Notes: a model not told the origin generated them from the sequence alone. 63,376 nt of DNA from an uncultured virus (IMG/VR IMGVR_UViG_3300026413_000011) (IMGVR_UViG_3300026413_000011:62001-125376), one strand, 5' to 3'. Shown: positions 46,330 to 58,592, counted from the stretch's first letter. Translations and numbers: made by a program.

Positions 46330-48486
46330 TTACATCATCACGGTCGGAGTATACCGATTAGAACGAACCTTACGAGTACGCTCTTCTTTCACTTGGCGAA
46401 TCATTGCATCGATACCAGCACCCGATGCTTCTTCCAAGTTGATGTGCCGAGACAATGCACGGAGTTTCAATTCGATCTTAGCAGAGATCATCGGGTTCTT
46501 CTCCCCTTTCATCTCTTCGATCAATGCATCGAATTCCTGCTTAGCCCGAGAACCTACTTCTTCACGATACACTTCAATCTTCGTAAGTTCACGATCCGAG
46601 ATCTGTGCTTTAGAGAAGATGTTGTTAGAGTTAATACCGTAGTAAGAAAGGTTCTGACCTTGGATACACAGCCAGTGTGCCAGCAACATGGAAATTACCA
46701 AGTCATCGTGGTTACCGCGGTTGTGGTCAATACGACCATTGCGGATAGTCAATGCCAAGATTTCGGTAATTAGCAAGTTACAATGCATACGACGAGAACC
46801 GTAGTCCATCGAACTAGGAAGCGAAACCACGTAAAGTGCATCGCGCGAATACCGACCACTGCCCGCGGTGTTAAAGCCGAAGTGACGTTTGAATCGATCA
46901 TAGAACGTAGGGGATCGAGCAGACATCGGAGTTTGGATATCACGGAACTCAGATTCCATAATGGTAGCATCGTCAACGATACGGTTGAAGATACGTTTGA
47001 ATGGATCGATACCAGCCCTGTGCAATGCAATCACAACGTAGTCAATAATCGCCATACCCATCGACTTACGTTCTGGAACGAATGTGATGTTTGGATAACG
47101 GATCAGAATCGCTGCAATGAATGCCGACAGTTGAGGAACGTTCGTTTCATTGTATCGACCAGTAGCAACGATGTCGTGTGTTTCGATATCGATGATAACC
47201 ATACCCGTGGAGTCAGACTTCTCGCCTAAGAGTTCCGAAGGGTCAAGACCCATTACGTAACGACTATTAGCCATCCGTGATTCAACATGCTCTTTCGACA
47301 CGAACCAACGTACGGTGTAGCCTTCAGGTGTGATCTCTGTCCACACTGGTTCTCGTTCAGAGTCCTTAATCCGTTTCTTCTGTTCTTGGGTAATCGGAGA
47401 ACCCTCACCACCAACGGTCCAGATGTTGAAGTAATCTCGGTCAGCGATCTCGCCATACTGAGCAGAGTCACGCAATGTCTTGAACAGCCATTCGTCAGTA
47501 CGGCCAAGCTGACGGTGGTTGAATGCACCGTAGATGATCGGCTTCTGACCACTGGAAGTTTTCTCTACGACTTTGTGCAGAGTCTTCTGGTCAGCAATGT
47601 CAAACCAAGTTTCAGTCCATGGCGCACCACCAGTCAAGAAACCATGTGCGAATTCACCATCACGGGTAGTAATGTTACCAGCCGTTGTAGTAAAGATGTT
47701 GCCGTATGGCTGACCTTGAGCAGCAGCTTCTTCACGAGCTGCAGAACCAGAAGCCAGTGCAACTGGTAGAGAGTATTCGATTAAGTTGATGTACGCAAGT
47801 TCGTCGAAGTGCATGATAGGTACAGTCAAACCTCGACCGAGTTTATCCGCAGCGATCTTATCGTTACGACCTACCGAAGTCTTGTACTTGTTACCAAGAC
47901 GGATACAAGTCATCATGTCTTGGTTGTCAACGTCAGAGAAGTCTTTCTCATGGATGTACTTAGGCAGCAAGTCCATCATGATCTTCAGACGCTCAACGTT
48001 AGCGTTCTTCAGTTTTGTATCTTTAGTAATCAGGTTGATTACAGTGTTCTCACCCCAGATGTACATCATGCCAGTCATCAGTACGTCAGTCGATACCGAC
48101 TTACCAGTCTGACGTGGTTGCAGCAAACCGAAGTCAACGTGGTTGAAGAAAGACCAGAACAGTGCAATGTTACCACGGTTAGCCCGGAATGGAATCGGGT
48201 TGTTACCAGAGGTAGGTGGGATTCGCGCAATCTCACGGAAGTAATACCAGGGGTTATACTTCGCCTCTAGCATGATCTTCATCTTTGTAGCATCATCTAG
48301 AGTTTCGTCGTAAGGGTCTACGCCCTGCAGTTCTGGCTGGAACAATGCCAGGCAGAAGTCCGAGTTCTTAATCCCCATCTTCTTGTAAAGCGCTACGAGT
48401 TTCAGGAAAGATTCGTTCTTGGTTTTGGTGTCAGCGATTGCCGATGGGAATTTTTTCCAGTCATCAATATAGAGAATTACGTTCAT
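46330..48486 (-). CDS. terL: terminase large subunit
   Basis: Walker A QPRQTGKS, Walker B HFDE, nuclease GLDPS...HDD; phiKZ-like gene order. Confidence 0.9.
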   Translation of the reverse strand: MNVILYIDDWKKFPSAIADTKTKNESFLKLVALYKKMGIKNSDFCLALFQPELQGVDPYDETLDDATKMKIMLEAKYNPWYYFREIARIPPTSGNNPIPFRANRGNIALFWSFFNHVDFGLLQPRQTGKSVSTDVLMTGMMYIWGENTVINLITKDTKLKNANVERLKIMMDLLPKYIHEKDFSDVDNQDMMTCIRLGNKYKTSVGRNDKIAADKLGRGLTVPIMHFDELAYINLIEYSLPVALASGSAAREEAAAQGQPYGNIFTTTAGNITTRDGEFAHGFLTGGAPWTETWFDIADQKTLHKVVEKTSSGQKPIIYGAFNHRQLGRTDEWLFKTLRDSAQYGEIADRDYFNIWTVGGEGSPITQEQKKRIKDSEREPVWTEITPEGYTVRWFVSKEHVESRMANSRYVMGLDPSELLGEKSDSTGMVIIDIETHDIVATGRYNETNVPQLSAFIAAILIRYPNITFVPERKSMGMAIIDYVVIALHRAGIDPFKRIFNRIVDDATIMESEFRDIQTPMSARSPTFYDRFKRHFGFNTAGSGRYSRDALYVVSLPSSMDYGSRRMHCNLLITEILALTIRNGRIDHNRGNHDDLVISMLLAHWLCIQGQNLSYYGINSNNIFSKAQISDRELTKIEVYREEVGSRAKQEFDALIEEMKGEKNPMISAKIELKLRALSRHINLEEASGAGIDAMIRQVKEERTRKVRSNRYTPTVMM

Positions 48487-48616
48487 TAGAAATGTCCTTG
48501 TAGGTATGTATGGCGGTGACGGTATAAAAGATTTCGACCCCGCCCCTGCCAGGAAACGTATATGAGTCATAGAATTACGGCATAAAGGCTACCCAAAGGG
48601 GTAGCCGCTTATGTTG

Positions 48617-50305
48617 TTACACGAGCTGTTTCAGGGGCAATGCGGTGATTGCAAGCTGTAGGTCGGTGCCTACAGTTCGACGAATCCACTGAATGTAAAC
48701 GAGTTCACCGTTGTTAGTGAGGTCGTTGTTTACCTTCAATACTTCGTTCCATTGAGAGATCGCGTACTCGTAAGTGTTGTGCAAGAACTGTACACGGAAG
48801 TGCGTAGGTTCAGGAGCAACTACTTCCGACTCTGGGTTAATCAGAGGTTCAGCATTGTAGTACATCTTCTGCAGCCAAGTTTCCTTAGTCTGCATACCGT
48901 TAGCCAGTCGTAGGTTCCACTGGTTGGTTTCGATATATTCCACGTTTGCTTTCAGGTCTCGACCATAAGCTACTTCTTGGTCAGGACGGAACTTGATTTC
49001 CCAATTCGCGTCAGTGTTCCCACCAGCTGTCAAGAGAGCGAGCTGGAAAGAGCTAACGAAACGAACTGGTTTAAAGACACCATCCACTTCGTTCAAGTTA
49101 ACCGCGTAGGTCAGGTCTTGAATGAAGCCGTAACCTTTCGGATCAAACGGCTTGGAAGTCATACCCAGTTCAACCTGTGGCGTGATGTTCCAGAACCGTT
49201 CCCGATCTTGGTTATACAACCAGAACTCCAACCGGTAACCAACAGCCGCGTTTACCCACACCGGATAAACAAACATACGACACTCGTAAGCGCCTTCTGC
49301 TGGAGTAGTCCGAGCAATGTAAGACATGGTGATCTTACGATCGGTAGTTGGGTTGAGACCATAAGAGATCTCATCCTGAGCCAGTTGATAGGTCAGTGTC
49401 ATACCGAACTCTTGGCCCACTTCAGTAGCCACGTAGTTACGGAGACCCAACAGTTCCATTTGACCGCCATTGACAGCCTTGGCTTCTTTCTTACCATCAC
49501 GGTAATGAACCCGAGCAACCATCGGCAACGATTCGACAGCAACGTTCAGTGGGAACTCAATGACTTTAGGATCAGCAGAACTAATCCACGAAGAATCAAT
49601 CGAGATACCTTTAACGTAACGCTTCGACGTATCCGGTTGGCGAATAGCTTGAGAGTTCACTACTACGAGTTGAGCAATAGAAAGCTGTTTACCGTTAGCG
49701 GAGTAGGCTACGAGAGTAACCCGTTCACCGTCCGGTAGGCTAACCGAAGTATAACCCGCCATTGGTACAGTCACACCGCTTTGGTATTGAGTACCTGGTA
49801 GCATGCCTGGCAACAGAGCAACTTCAACTGGAATCATTGGACCCAGATAGTTACCCGAAGCATCGTAGTATTCCGAAATCACTTTGCCGTAAGTTTCCGA
49901 GATATCACTACCCTGGAAGATCTTGTAGCCTTGGACTTCAGTACCATAGAAATGGCAACGGAGGTCAGGAGAGAACGTGTGTGGCGTAACGGTTTGATCC
50001 AGGAAGATACGGAAGGATTCCGAAGTGTAACCTGGGCCAGTTGCGATCAGTACGTTCTCAGGACCATCCGGATCTGGAGATTCTGGTTCTACCCATTTCT
50101 CCAGTACCGACATGCCTGTAGTCTGATCGACTTCGATAACGCGGAACAACCCTTGGTCCCAGTCGCGGACAGCATCGTTCACGTTTGGAATGAACTTGTT
50201 AGTTTCGCCTGGGAAACTAACGATCTCCGATCGAAGCCAAGTCCAGAACCCACGTTCGGGGTCCAGGAAGGCTGATCGAGTAAAAGGAGTGAATGTTGTT
50301 GCCAT
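48617..50305 (-). CDS. virion structural (baseplate-region) protein
   Basis: 562 aa between terminase and tail sheath block, as in phiKZ-like phages. Confidence 0.7.
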   Translation of the reverse strand: MATTFTPFTRSAFLDPERGFWTWLRSEIVSFPGETNKFIPNVNDAVRDWDQGLFRVIEVDQTTGMSVLEKWVEPESPDPDGPENVLIATGPGYTSESFRIFLDQTVTPHTFSPDLRCHFYGTEVQGYKIFQGSDISETYGKVISEYYDASGNYLGPMIPVEVALLPGMLPGTQYQSGVTVPMAGYTSVSLPDGERVTLVAYSANGKQLSIAQLVVVNSQAIRQPDTSKRYVKGISIDSSWISSADPKVIEFPLNVAVESLPMVARVHYRDGKKEAKAVNGGQMELLGLRNYVATEVGQEFGMTLTYQLAQDEISYGLNPTTDRKITMSYIARTTPAEGAYECRMFVYPVWVNAAVGYRLEFWLYNQDRERFWNITPQVELGMTSKPFDPKGYGFIQDLTYAVNLNEVDGVFKPVRFVSSFQLALLTAGGNTDANWEIKFRPDQEVAYGRDLKANVEYIETNQWNLRLANGMQTKETWLQKMYYNAEPLINPESEVVAPEPTHFRVQFLHNTYEYAISQWNEVLKVNNDLTNNGELVYIQWIRRTVGTDLQLAITALPLKQLV

Positions 50306-50307
50306 TC

Positions 50308-53022
50308 CTAGGTCCTCGTGATGTAGATTGAATGTGAAAGATCGGGAACCTCACGGAGTCCCAACTTGAGAGCTCTCACAAAGAAGTCATACTGTTGGAT
50401 GTCCAGACCCTGGGCGGTTGAATGCCAGTGCGGGTAGATGATGATGTGGTTCTTGTTGTAGTCTTGGTTAGCCATGTCGAAAGGTTTCAGCCAATCGTAC
50501 TTAGCTACTGCTTTAGCCACATCCATATCCGTGTAGAAACCATTAACAATCGGTGGCTTCAACGTACCTGCAATCAGATCGTTTAGGATCTTGTTTGCGT
50601 ATGCACTGTAGACATAGTAGTGTCGTTCGATCTTGTCTGAGTTAGGGCGTGCACGAGCTGGGAAATACTCAGTCATGTAATCACTAACTTGTTTATCCCG
50701 AACGTCATCCAACTCACGAGCAGCATTATCTTCGTCGTAAACATCACGGAAAGTAACTTGTGGAGTTTGGATCTGGTAAGGCGAACCATTACGTTCATCG
50801 GCGATTACCCGATCGGCGTAGTCCTCATCGAACTTAACGTCTTCGAATGCACGGTAGTGACCATCAACAACGATACGTTGCATCTTGTGGGTGTGGACAT
50901 CGTAGACGCCGTTACCCGACAATACACCGTACTCAACAAAGCCTACTTCTGCTGGCGGATACATCTTCAACTCTGGCGAACAGAAGCCATGTGCACGGAT
51001 AATCACCGTGTTGATCTCGTTCAGATATTCCAGGTTGTTCAGTACCACTACAGTTTCTTGGAACGTAGGTCCCTCGATAACAATGTAGTCGATGCCTTGA
51101 ATTAGGGAACGACCATTCAGTCCATTCTCATCCGCCAAGAATACATCGAGCTGACCCAGTGGGATATCCATCAGTTCTTCAGTCTGTTGACCCGACGACA
51201 TCGAAGTGTGACGGAAGCTGAAGTTGATAATGCCCGAAGACTTGTTGAAACGACGAGCATCCAAGAAGAACCGATCAGAACGACGAATCAAACCTTGGTA
51301 AGCATTGCCACCCGTAACCCAACGCCATACTGGTACATCACCTGTTTCATCCAGGAAGCCCCATTCATGCCGGTTCTCCAGATCGGTAATGTCTTGCCAT
51401 TCCCCAGTAGGTGCACCACTCCATGTCCGATTCACGTATACACGGAACTCGTAACCATCAGGTAGTTCTACTGGATCAGTGCCATACACGCCTTGCAGGT
51501 CTGTGCTACCAACGCCCGTGATACATTCCACCCATGCCGTGTTAGGGTTCTGAACATAGTAGCGAGAACCACCGGTATGGTGATGCCACTCTAGCAGAAT
51601 GCCTTGGTTATCGTATTCGAATACCGTAGCGTTTTCCCAATACACGTAAGCCAGATCTGCTACACGTTCAGTTTGAGACATGTAGACTTTAGCTGGGTTG
51701 TTTGCCATCAAGTGTGCAGCTTCATGATAACCAAACACGTCACCTGCAAAGTTCAATGCTTCACGTTTGAACTGAGTCGACTTAGTAGGATCTTGGAATG
51801 CAACCGGATAGATCACATTAGGATCAGCAGACATGAATCGTACGTACGCAGCTTTCTCTAGGTTAGCAGCATGCCACAAAGGCATAGAGTCTGCACCCGT
51901 CATGGCACGGATGATATTCGCATCAGTCAGACGGTAGAGTTCTTGGATACGGGACGAATCAGCAACGATAGGACGCTCGTAACCTGAACGACGGTGATAC
52001 ATGCGAATGTACATCGGATCAGACGTAGCCCACTTATCAGAAGGCCATCTCGGATCAGTACCAGTACGTGGATCTTCTGGGTGGCTAGCAATCATCGACT
52101 GCACACGTCCTACCGGAATAGACCAATCACGGTGCGTGAGTTGACGCATCCACTTACCATCGTTGTGGTGGTAATGCACACCCGAGTAACGAGACAACGC
52201 ATTGTTGTTCTTACACAGGAACACTGCGATATCGTCGTGGAACTCAATCGTTGAAGTCGACTTATCTTTCGGCAAGTGGATAATGTATTTGTTAGCACTG
52301 TCCAATGTCGAAGTAAAGGTTGGGGTACCTTGCAACCGGTATTCAGCAACCCGATAGATCGAGCTATCCAATACCCACTCACAATAGTCACCTACACCTG
52401 CTGTGACCAACGAGATTTCCTGTACCAAACGACCATTCACCCAGCACAGAGGGAAACCTCCTTTCTCGGCTAACAGGTCCTGCATTCGGATTTGGAATTG
52501 TCGCAATTCAGCTGTCGTATTAGGACGGATCGAATAAGCTTCGATGTAGTTCTTGGTCGACTGATCTGAACGTTTGCTTTGGAAGAAAGCATTTTGATAG
52601 AAGTGAAGGTATGGCTGTTGTTCATCCAGATCCGGAAATAAAGGAAGGATCTTTACAGCAACCAGTAAGTTTTGGCTGGAGGTCAGCAATACCCAGGTTT
52701 GAGCCCGAGAGAACTGAATACCACTGTCAACGTAGACTTCACCAAGCATCTTGTGATGAATGGCGAGTTTCTCCAATGACATCCATTGGTTGTAAACCTT
52801 TGGGAGAGCCAGGTGTGATGGAACCACCTGACCGATTTGATACACGTGGAACCAATCCCGTTCAGACTCGTAAGGCAGCACGTACTTCTGTGCGTCAACC
52901 ACGTAGAAACGGCGAGTACCGTAACGTGGTGTTAACTGACGCAGTTGGTATTGAAACTGCCGATCTTGTCCAAGGTTACACCAAACGTTATCAATCGCGT
53001 AGCGCAACAGATAGTCGTTCAT
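50308..53022 (-). CDS. large virion structural (baseplate-region) protein
   Basis: 904 aa, N-terminal YAIDNVWC..QDRQ; syntenic position. Confidence 0.7.
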   Translation of the reverse strand: MNDYLLRYAIDNVWCNLGQDRQFQYQLRQLTPRYGTRRFYVVDAQKYVLPYESERDWFHVYQIGQVVPSHLALPKVYNQWMSLEKLAIHHKMLGEVYVDSGIQFSRAQTWVLLTSSQNLLVAVKILPLFPDLDEQQPYLHFYQNAFFQSKRSDQSTKNYIEAYSIRPNTTAELRQFQIRMQDLLAEKGGFPLCWVNGRLVQEISLVTAGVGDYCEWVLDSSIYRVAEYRLQGTPTFTSTLDSANKYIIHLPKDKSTSTIEFHDDIAVFLCKNNNALSRYSGVHYHHNDGKWMRQLTHRDWSIPVGRVQSMIASHPEDPRTGTDPRWPSDKWATSDPMYIRMYHRRSGYERPIVADSSRIQELYRLTDANIIRAMTGADSMPLWHAANLEKAAYVRFMSADPNVIYPVAFQDPTKSTQFKREALNFAGDVFGYHEAAHLMANNPAKVYMSQTERVADLAYVYWENATVFEYDNQGILLEWHHHTGGSRYYVQNPNTAWVECITGVGSTDLQGVYGTDPVELPDGYEFRVYVNRTWSGAPTGEWQDITDLENRHEWGFLDETGDVPVWRWVTGGNAYQGLIRRSDRFFLDARRFNKSSGIINFSFRHTSMSSGQQTEELMDIPLGQLDVFLADENGLNGRSLIQGIDYIVIEGPTFQETVVVLNNLEYLNEINTVIIRAHGFCSPELKMYPPAEVGFVEYGVLSGNGVYDVHTHKMQRIVVDGHYRAFEDVKFDEDYADRVIADERNGSPYQIQTPQVTFRDVYDEDNAARELDDVRDKQVSDYMTEYFPARARPNSDKIERHYYVYSAYANKILNDLIAGTLKPPIVNGFYTDMDVAKAVAKYDWLKPFDMANQDYNKNHIIIYPHWHSTAQGLDIQQYDFFVRALKLGLREVPDLSHSIYITRT

Positions 53023-53034
53023 TGTTGTCCCCTA

Positions 53035-53970
53035 TTAGACGAATTCTTCTGTAACTGCCCGACCAACCAGGTCAATGAAATTACGGATATCGTTAGCGCG
53101 ACCGATTCTTTCAGCCCGCTCAGTGATTTTAGATTTACGGTATGAGCGATCGGAGACTGCCGTGTAAAGAATGGCAATCCAAGTAGGTAGGTGTTCTAGT
53201 GCCATACCCACGTTATCCGATGCGTTAGTACCATACCACGAAGCTTTCAACAGCACATGCAAGTCAGCGAATTTCAGTTGACCCATGCTGAGTGTACGAG
53301 ACTTCGTACTGAGTTCACGTGCCAAGTCATCCGCGTTGTTCAGAGAACCTACGGTGTTAGGCATATCTGGATCTACCAGATTCAGAATGAAGTCAATCGG
53401 TACCATGGTAATGCGATTAAGGATCGTTGCAAAACGAACACGATCGTGACCAGGTTCACGGAGTTCTGGCGACAACATGGCTTGGTAGTAGAGAGCCGAA
53501 ATCACACGCAGTGCCATTTCAGATTCAGGGCGCAGGGTGTAACGTTGCACGAGAGTACCGGTTACCCAGTCCATGAAAACTTTGGCTGGGAAATCAGTCA
53601 GGCGTGAAAATGCGTGAGGACCTTGTTCCATCAGTTTGTGGGTCAGGGCTACTCGTACGCATTGCAGTTGCCAATCGTTTGCGGCAATCAGTCGTGTTAC
53701 ACCAGTGCGTTCATCGTAACGCATATACTGGCGACCGTCAACTACCAACATTGGGTTACGTTCGTCACCGACATTGATGATGTGAGCAAAGTTCGGAATG
53801 TCATCGTGTTCTTCACGAGGGGTCACGTAACCGGTATCGCTGAGTTGTTCATTATTAACTGTTGCCATTGGTGGCAAGGATAAACTGATCTCAGCTTTGC
53901 GTACTGCACGTACATATTCGTCAGGTTTATTCAGACGACCGAGGGTCGTTTCGTATGGCATGATGACCAT
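53035..53970 (-). CDS. virion structural protein
   Basis: 311 aa, divergent from tail sheath, syntenic position. Confidence 0.65.
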   Translation of the reverse strand: MVIMPYETTLGRLNKPDEYVRAVRKAEISLSLPPMATVNNEQLSDTGYVTPREEHDDIPNFAHIINVGDERNPMLVVDGRQYMRYDERTGVTRLIAANDWQLQCVRVALTHKLMEQGPHAFSRLTDFPAKVFMDWVTGTLVQRYTLRPESEMALRVISALYYQAMLSPELREPGHDRVRFATILNRITMVPIDFILNLVDPDMPNTVGSLNNADDLARELSTKSRTLSMGQLKFADLHVLLKASWYGTNASDNVGMALEHLPTWIAILYTAVSDRSYRKSKITERAERIGRANDIRNFIDLVGRAVTEEFV

Positions 53971-54096
53971 TCCGTATCTCCTTTTAGGGGGTAAAAAATA
54001 ACTTCGTAGGTCAATCTTAATTAATATCTATGATTGACCGTTAGTTTACACTCATAACATCGAGTTCAAAATGCTCCATACTTGGGAGAAATAAAG

Positions 54097-56193
54097 ATGT
54101 CATACACCAACGCTGTCCCTAAGGTTACTTTTAATGGTATCCGGGACTTGAGTCGTCGGGCTTTCCAACGTCCGCCTGTGACGTTTGCTCAGCACACTCC
54201 TTTGCTGCGTCTCTTCTGTGAGACCGGCCCAACTGATACTACTTATGTCGGTAACGACGAAGGTGGTATTGCTACAATCTTCGGTGAAAATACCCTGGCT
54301 CCACGCAGCAAGTATTTTAACCAGCAATCCCTTCTGGCTCTACAGTTCCTCAGCGAAGGTAACGGCTTCTATGTGAAGCGTCTGCAACCAGAAGACGCAG
54401 GTAACCCAGCACGTATTATCGTCGCACTAGAGATGGTGCACGATTATGTCGATCAAACCATTAACCAACTGGGCGGCTTCAACTACCCAGACGCAGTTAA
54501 TGATCTGTCGGCTAACCCAGTCGCTACTGCGGACGCGCAAATCGAAGGTTACCGTGCACGTGTCATTTTGATTCGTGACAACTCTTCGGAAGTTGGTACT
54601 CAGCGTATCCTGCCAGGTGAAATGGTTTCGACCATCGACAACTCGCAGTCTACTGTTTACCCGCTGTTCGAACTGCCTGCTGCTTTCTTCGGTACTCAAG
54701 GTAACAACCTGGGTATGCGAATCTGGTGTACTCATACTGAAGATCCAGATGGCTTCGATGAAGACACCGCAGAGCGTTTCAAAACTCGTATGTACCGCGT
54801 ACAATTCGTGGAACTGCCAGTTGTGGGCAACACTCCAGTTATCGTGAAAACTGCTGCTGATGAAGACTTCGTTAACGTGTCTTTCGATGAAGGCGTTTAT
54901 TCCGATAGCATGAACATGGATTACACTATCGACGAAGTACTGATCGATAAGTATTCCGATGACGGTTTCGAATCTGGCCTGTCGGTTCTGTATTCTCCGT
55001 TCTCGCAGATCTATGTTTACCGCGACAATATCAAGCTGGTTCAGGATCTGATCCAAGCAGCTGAAGAAGTTGTGAACCCTGCTATCGCTGGTACTGTTAC
55101 CAGTTCGTCGCAGATCGACTTCCTGACTATGCTCGGCGAAGACGGTGACCCGTACCAGTCCATTCAGTTGGAAGGTGCAATGGGTGGCGGTGTAACCCTC
55201 GGTAAGAACGCTACGATCTACGCCGCTGGCGGTAGCGATGGTACTACCGATCTGGATGAATACAATAAGCTTGTAGACATCGAGAACACCAACTTCGGTA
55301 AGCTGGGTAATGACCAGTACGAAAACATCGCGCACTACCAGTTCGGTGTTCTGTACGATACCGGTCTGCCGATGGAATCGAAGTTCCGTGCAATCCAAGT
55401 TCTGGCTGCTCGTAAAGACGTACAGTACTTCTTCACTACCTTCGTGGAAGGGGAGACTCGTCTGTTGTCTGCTTCGGAAGAAGCTTCGCGTTGCCAAGCC
55501 CTGATCACTCGTCTGCAAGCCTACCCAGAGTCTACGCTCTATGGTACTGGTGTCTGCCGTGCGATGATTGCCCTGCAAACGGGTAAACTGATCGGTGGGG
55601 GTAATGGCCTGCCGAAGTACGTTCCGCAGTTGCTGGACATCGGTGTCAAGTGGGCACGCTATGCTGGTCAAGGTACTGGTATTCTGCGTGAAGGCTTTGA
55701 GATGGACGTCTCTCCGAATAACCGCGTAACTCTGGTCAAAGATCAGAACGTGAAGTTCTTCAGTGAGCGTACTCGTAGCCAGCTGTGGGCAAACGGTGCA
55801 ACCTGGTCGCAATCGTACGACCAACGTTCCCAGTACTACCCATGCCTGCGTTCGGTTTACAAAGACGATACTTCGGTATTGCTGTCGCCGATCACAGTCA
55901 ACATCTGCTGCGACCTAATCCGTCTGATCCACAAAGTTCATGCGGACTTCTCTGGTAACGCTTACCTGTCGAAAGAACAGCTGATCGAGCGTACCGATGA
56001 ACGAATCCTGGAACTGACCCGTGAGCGCTACGGCGATCGCGTTGATGTCATCCCACGTTCGTACATCTCTGCCATTGACGAAAACAACGGTACCAGCTGG
56101 AGCTGTGAAGTGACTGTTGCGGCTAACAACCCGCACACCACTCTGAACTTCAACCTGACTACTATCCGTCGGGAAGCCAACACCGAGGCGTAA
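54097..56193 (+). CDS. contractile tail sheath protein
   Basis: ~700 aa, GIRDLS, YDTG, YPES.LYGT.VCRA motifs; followed by tube gene. Confidence 0.88.
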   Translation: MSYTNAVPKVTFNGIRDLSRRAFQRPPVTFAQHTPLLRLFCETGPTDTTYVGNDEGGIATIFGENTLAPRSKYFNQQSLLALQFLSEGNGFYVKRLQPEDAGNPARIIVALEMVHDYVDQTINQLGGFNYPDAVNDLSANPVATADAQIEGYRARVILIRDNSSEVGTQRILPGEMVSTIDNSQSTVYPLFELPAAFFGTQGNNLGMRIWCTHTEDPDGFDEDTAERFKTRMYRVQFVELPVVGNTPVIVKTAADEDFVNVSFDEGVYSDSMNMDYTIDEVLIDKYSDDGFESGLSVLYSPFSQIYVYRDNIKLVQDLIQAAEEVVNPAIAGTVTSSSQIDFLTMLGEDGDPYQSIQLEGAMGGGVTLGKNATIYAAGGSDGTTDLDEYNKLVDIENTNFGKLGNDQYENIAHYQFGVLYDTGLPMESKFRAIQVLAARKDVQYFFTTFVEGETRLLSASEEASRCQALITRLQAYPESTLYGTGVCRAMIALQTGKLIGGGNGLPKYVPQLLDIGVKWARYAGQGTGILREGFEMDVSPNNRVTLVKDQNVKFFSERTRSQLWANGATWSQSYDQRSQYYPCLRSVYKDDTSVLLSPITVNICCDLIRLIHKVHADFSGNAYLSKEQLIERTDERILELTRERYGDRVDVIPRSYISAIDENNGTSWSCEVTVAANNPHTTLNFNLTTIRREANTEA

Positions 56194-56230
56194 GCCTCGG
56201 GTTGACCCCAATTAGCAAGAGGTCCACAAA

Positions 56231-57100
56231 ATGGCAAAGCGCTATCCCAATCCGTACGCTCCGCGCTCGGGCTACGGTGCCAACGCTTCTGAGAACATGA
56301 TGAACCTGGCTCAGGCCGGTACTTTCGTCTTGGCTCCAGACCTGGCTAACCTGGCTGCGAACACTCCGTACGTGTCTCGTAACCTGATCGCTATTCTGTT
56401 AGAAGCTCCTCGCTTCTTCCGGTATGCGGCTAACCAAAACCAATTGATCGCTTCTCTGAAAGCATTGATCGAGAAACACTGTCGGACTATCGATGGTCTT
56501 AACCGTACTGTTACTGCTGAGTTCGCTGACGCGCCAGTAGGTGGTGCTGGTGAAGTCATCTCGGCTGTTTCGAACGTTACTCGTGCTACCTCTCGTCCTT
56601 CACTGGGCGCGTGGGAACTACAAGGTCGTACCATCCAGCACTTCCTGGAATGGTGGATTCTGTATGGCCTGGGTGATCCGAACACCAAAGTACCGCTGAT
56701 CGTTTCTGACGGTATGGTTCGTCCTGAACATTACAACCAAACCTTCGCTGGTTGCACTGTACTGTTCATTGAACCAGATCCAACCATGCAGGACGTTGTG
56801 TCTGCTTATCTGTGCACTAACATGCAGCCAACCACTACTGGTGATTGGTCGAACCGTAAAGACGTTTCGCAGATCGGTCAGAACCTGGAACTGACTATCG
56901 AATTCACCGCACTGACCGATACCTCCGCTGGCGTTAAGATGTACGCTCGTGAGATTCTGCAGTCGATGGATCTCAGTGGTCTGAACCCGAACGACATGCA
57001 AATGTGGCAAGAGAAGATTTCTGCCGACGTTCTCGGCCAACGTAACGGTATCACCGATCAGCTTGCTGAAGGTGCTAACAACCGTATCGGCATTGCTTAA
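56231..57100 (+). CDS. tail tube protein
   Basis: 289 aa directly after sheath; PYVSRN, IDGL, FIEPDP motifs. Confidence 0.82.
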   Translation: MAKRYPNPYAPRSGYGANASENMMNLAQAGTFVLAPDLANLAANTPYVSRNLIAILLEAPRFFRYAANQNQLIASLKALIEKHCRTIDGLNRTVTAEFADAPVGGAGEVISAVSNVTRATSRPSLGAWELQGRTIQHFLEWWILYGLGDPNTKVPLIVSDGMVRPEHYNQTFAGCTVLFIEPDPTMQDVVSAYLCTNMQPTTTGDWSNRKDVSQIGQNLELTIEFTALTDTSAGVKMYAREILQSMDLSGLNPNDMQMWQEKISADVLGQRNGITDQLAEGANNRIGIA

Positions 57101-57111
57101 GGAACATCGCG

Positions 57112-57306
57112 ATGGCTACTAGCTCCGCAGTACCAACGACCCCTACGGGTCAAAAGGCACAAGCTGAAAAGAAAACGTTTGCATCGTTTATCGGTGTTGA
57201 CGAGGCAAATGCTGGATACGGCTTTGCGGATGATCTAGCGGCTGCCGCTGAGATGCGCCGTGAAGCTAAAGGTCAAAGCAGTACAGCTACCACTCCCAAG
57301 GCGTAG
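57112..57306 (+). CDS. small hypothetical protein
   Basis: AAGGA SD, precedes terminator at about 57316-57345. Confidence 0.6.
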   Translation: MATSSAVPTTPTGQKAQAEKKTFASFIGVDEANAGYGFADDLAAAAEMRREAKGQSSTATTPKA

Positions 57307-57360
57307 CATGGTATAGGCCCAGCCTTCGGGTTGGGCTTTATGCCGTGTAATGCAACAAAT

Positions 57361-57377
57361 TACAAATCTATATTACT
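57361..57377 (+). promoter_or_regulatory. early promoter
   Basis: CAAATCTATATTAC; same core near 62985-62998. Confidence 0.7.
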
Positions 57378-57407
57378 ACTGTGATCAACCAACCAAATGG
57401 AAGTTTC

Positions 57408-58589
57408 ATGAGAATCAAGCAATCTGTAATGGTAACCCCAGCAATCTCTCGAGATGAACTGTACATCCTGCGCATGCAGATCTGGCAGTTATACAAGATC
57501 CGCGCTTATGCAAACGCTGAACACCTGACTACCGTTGAAGGACTTCGTGTACGGTTTGTCGAAGAAGACAACTATCGCATGGATCTGGTTCGTGCTGATA
57601 AAGTGATCTTCAGTTTCCACCCAACTACCAAAATGATCGATCTGGACTGGGTAGCATTCACCGAGATCTTCCCTAAAGAAGTTGCTCAAGATAATCCAAT
57701 CGGTTATGCGATCAGTTCGCTTTTCGATAACCTGTACCAAGACGTGTCGGGCCAATCCCAATACGTATTCGACACAATGACGACTCCGTCTACCCGTCGG
57801 AAGGTCACAGACTTCTATGGCTTGTTGGCTTCGGCTTGCAAGCTTTCTGCAGACATGATGCGCATCGGCCCGAAATACAAAATCGGTCACCGCGGTGATG
57901 GTTACGTCATGTACGATGAAAACAACATGATGATCTTCCATGTATCCCAGCGCCGTATGCACTTCGGTATGGGTTACGTGACTGGCACCGACGTGAATGC
58001 CAACGTCAAGTTTATTATCGACAAGTTCCGTCCGTATATCCTGGACATCCGTTCGGGTTATCAGGAAACACCACGGTTCTTCGGTAAGATTCTGGAACGC
58101 CACTACGGGTTTGCTGAAGAAGCAATTCGTTATGGTGCTAACATGCTGACCCAGGCACAACGTTTCGATAGTAGTCGCTTTGAGTTCAATGCGGAAGTTG
58201 TTATCGCTAGTGGTTCCAAAGTAACCTACCGTCGAGAAGGCATCACACTGGGTTATGTATTCAATGGCCAGTTCATCGGTGAGATCACTCATCGCAAAGG
58301 CAATCCGATGGCAACTATGGATGCTTGTGTAATGGACCGTGTCCGTATGAATCCAGTGATGTTGGCAAGCCTGGAATCGGACATGCAGAGTGCCCTGACT
58401 CTTTACCGTGAACATGTACAGTGTCAAGTGAACTTCTTCTTCGAAATGGAACATCTGAAAGGTCTGGGACTCGATATTGAAACTGCCCAACCTTTCCTGG
58501 TAGCTTACAAAGAAGCACAATCATCGGGCTACCGTAAATCCTTCGCCGAATTCGTCAAACTCATCCAACAACTACAGCAAGGAAACTAA
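57408..58589 (+). CDS. hypothetical early protein
   Basis: ~393-aa ORF after early promoter. Confidence 0.75.
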   Translation: MRIKQSVMVTPAISRDELYILRMQIWQLYKIRAYANAEHLTTVEGLRVRFVEEDNYRMDLVRADKVIFSFHPTTKMIDLDWVAFTEIFPKEVAQDNPIGYAISSLFDNLYQDVSGQSQYVFDTMTTPSTRRKVTDFYGLLASACKLSADMMRIGPKYKIGHRGDGYVMYDENNMMIFHVSQRRMHFGMGYVTGTDVNANVKFIIDKFRPYILDIRSGYQETPRFFGKILERHYGFAEEAIRYGANMLTQAQRFDSSRFEFNAEVVIASGSKVTYRREGITLGYVFNGQFIGEITHRKGNPMATMDACVMDRVRMNPVMLASLESDMQSALTLYREHVQCQVNFFFEMEHLKGLGLDIETAQPFLVAYKEAQSSGYRKSFAEFVKLIQQLQQGN

Positions 58590-58592
58590 CCA

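Noticed and set aside
40097..48486. Inteins or introns in nrdA, nrdB or terL
   Set aside because: ORFs are continuous, of ordinary length, with no intein or homing-endonuclease motifs seen
54427..55824. 465-aa - strand ORF (also 57489-58520 and 38957-39829)
   Set aside because: Antisense shadows of tail sheath, an early gene and nrdB
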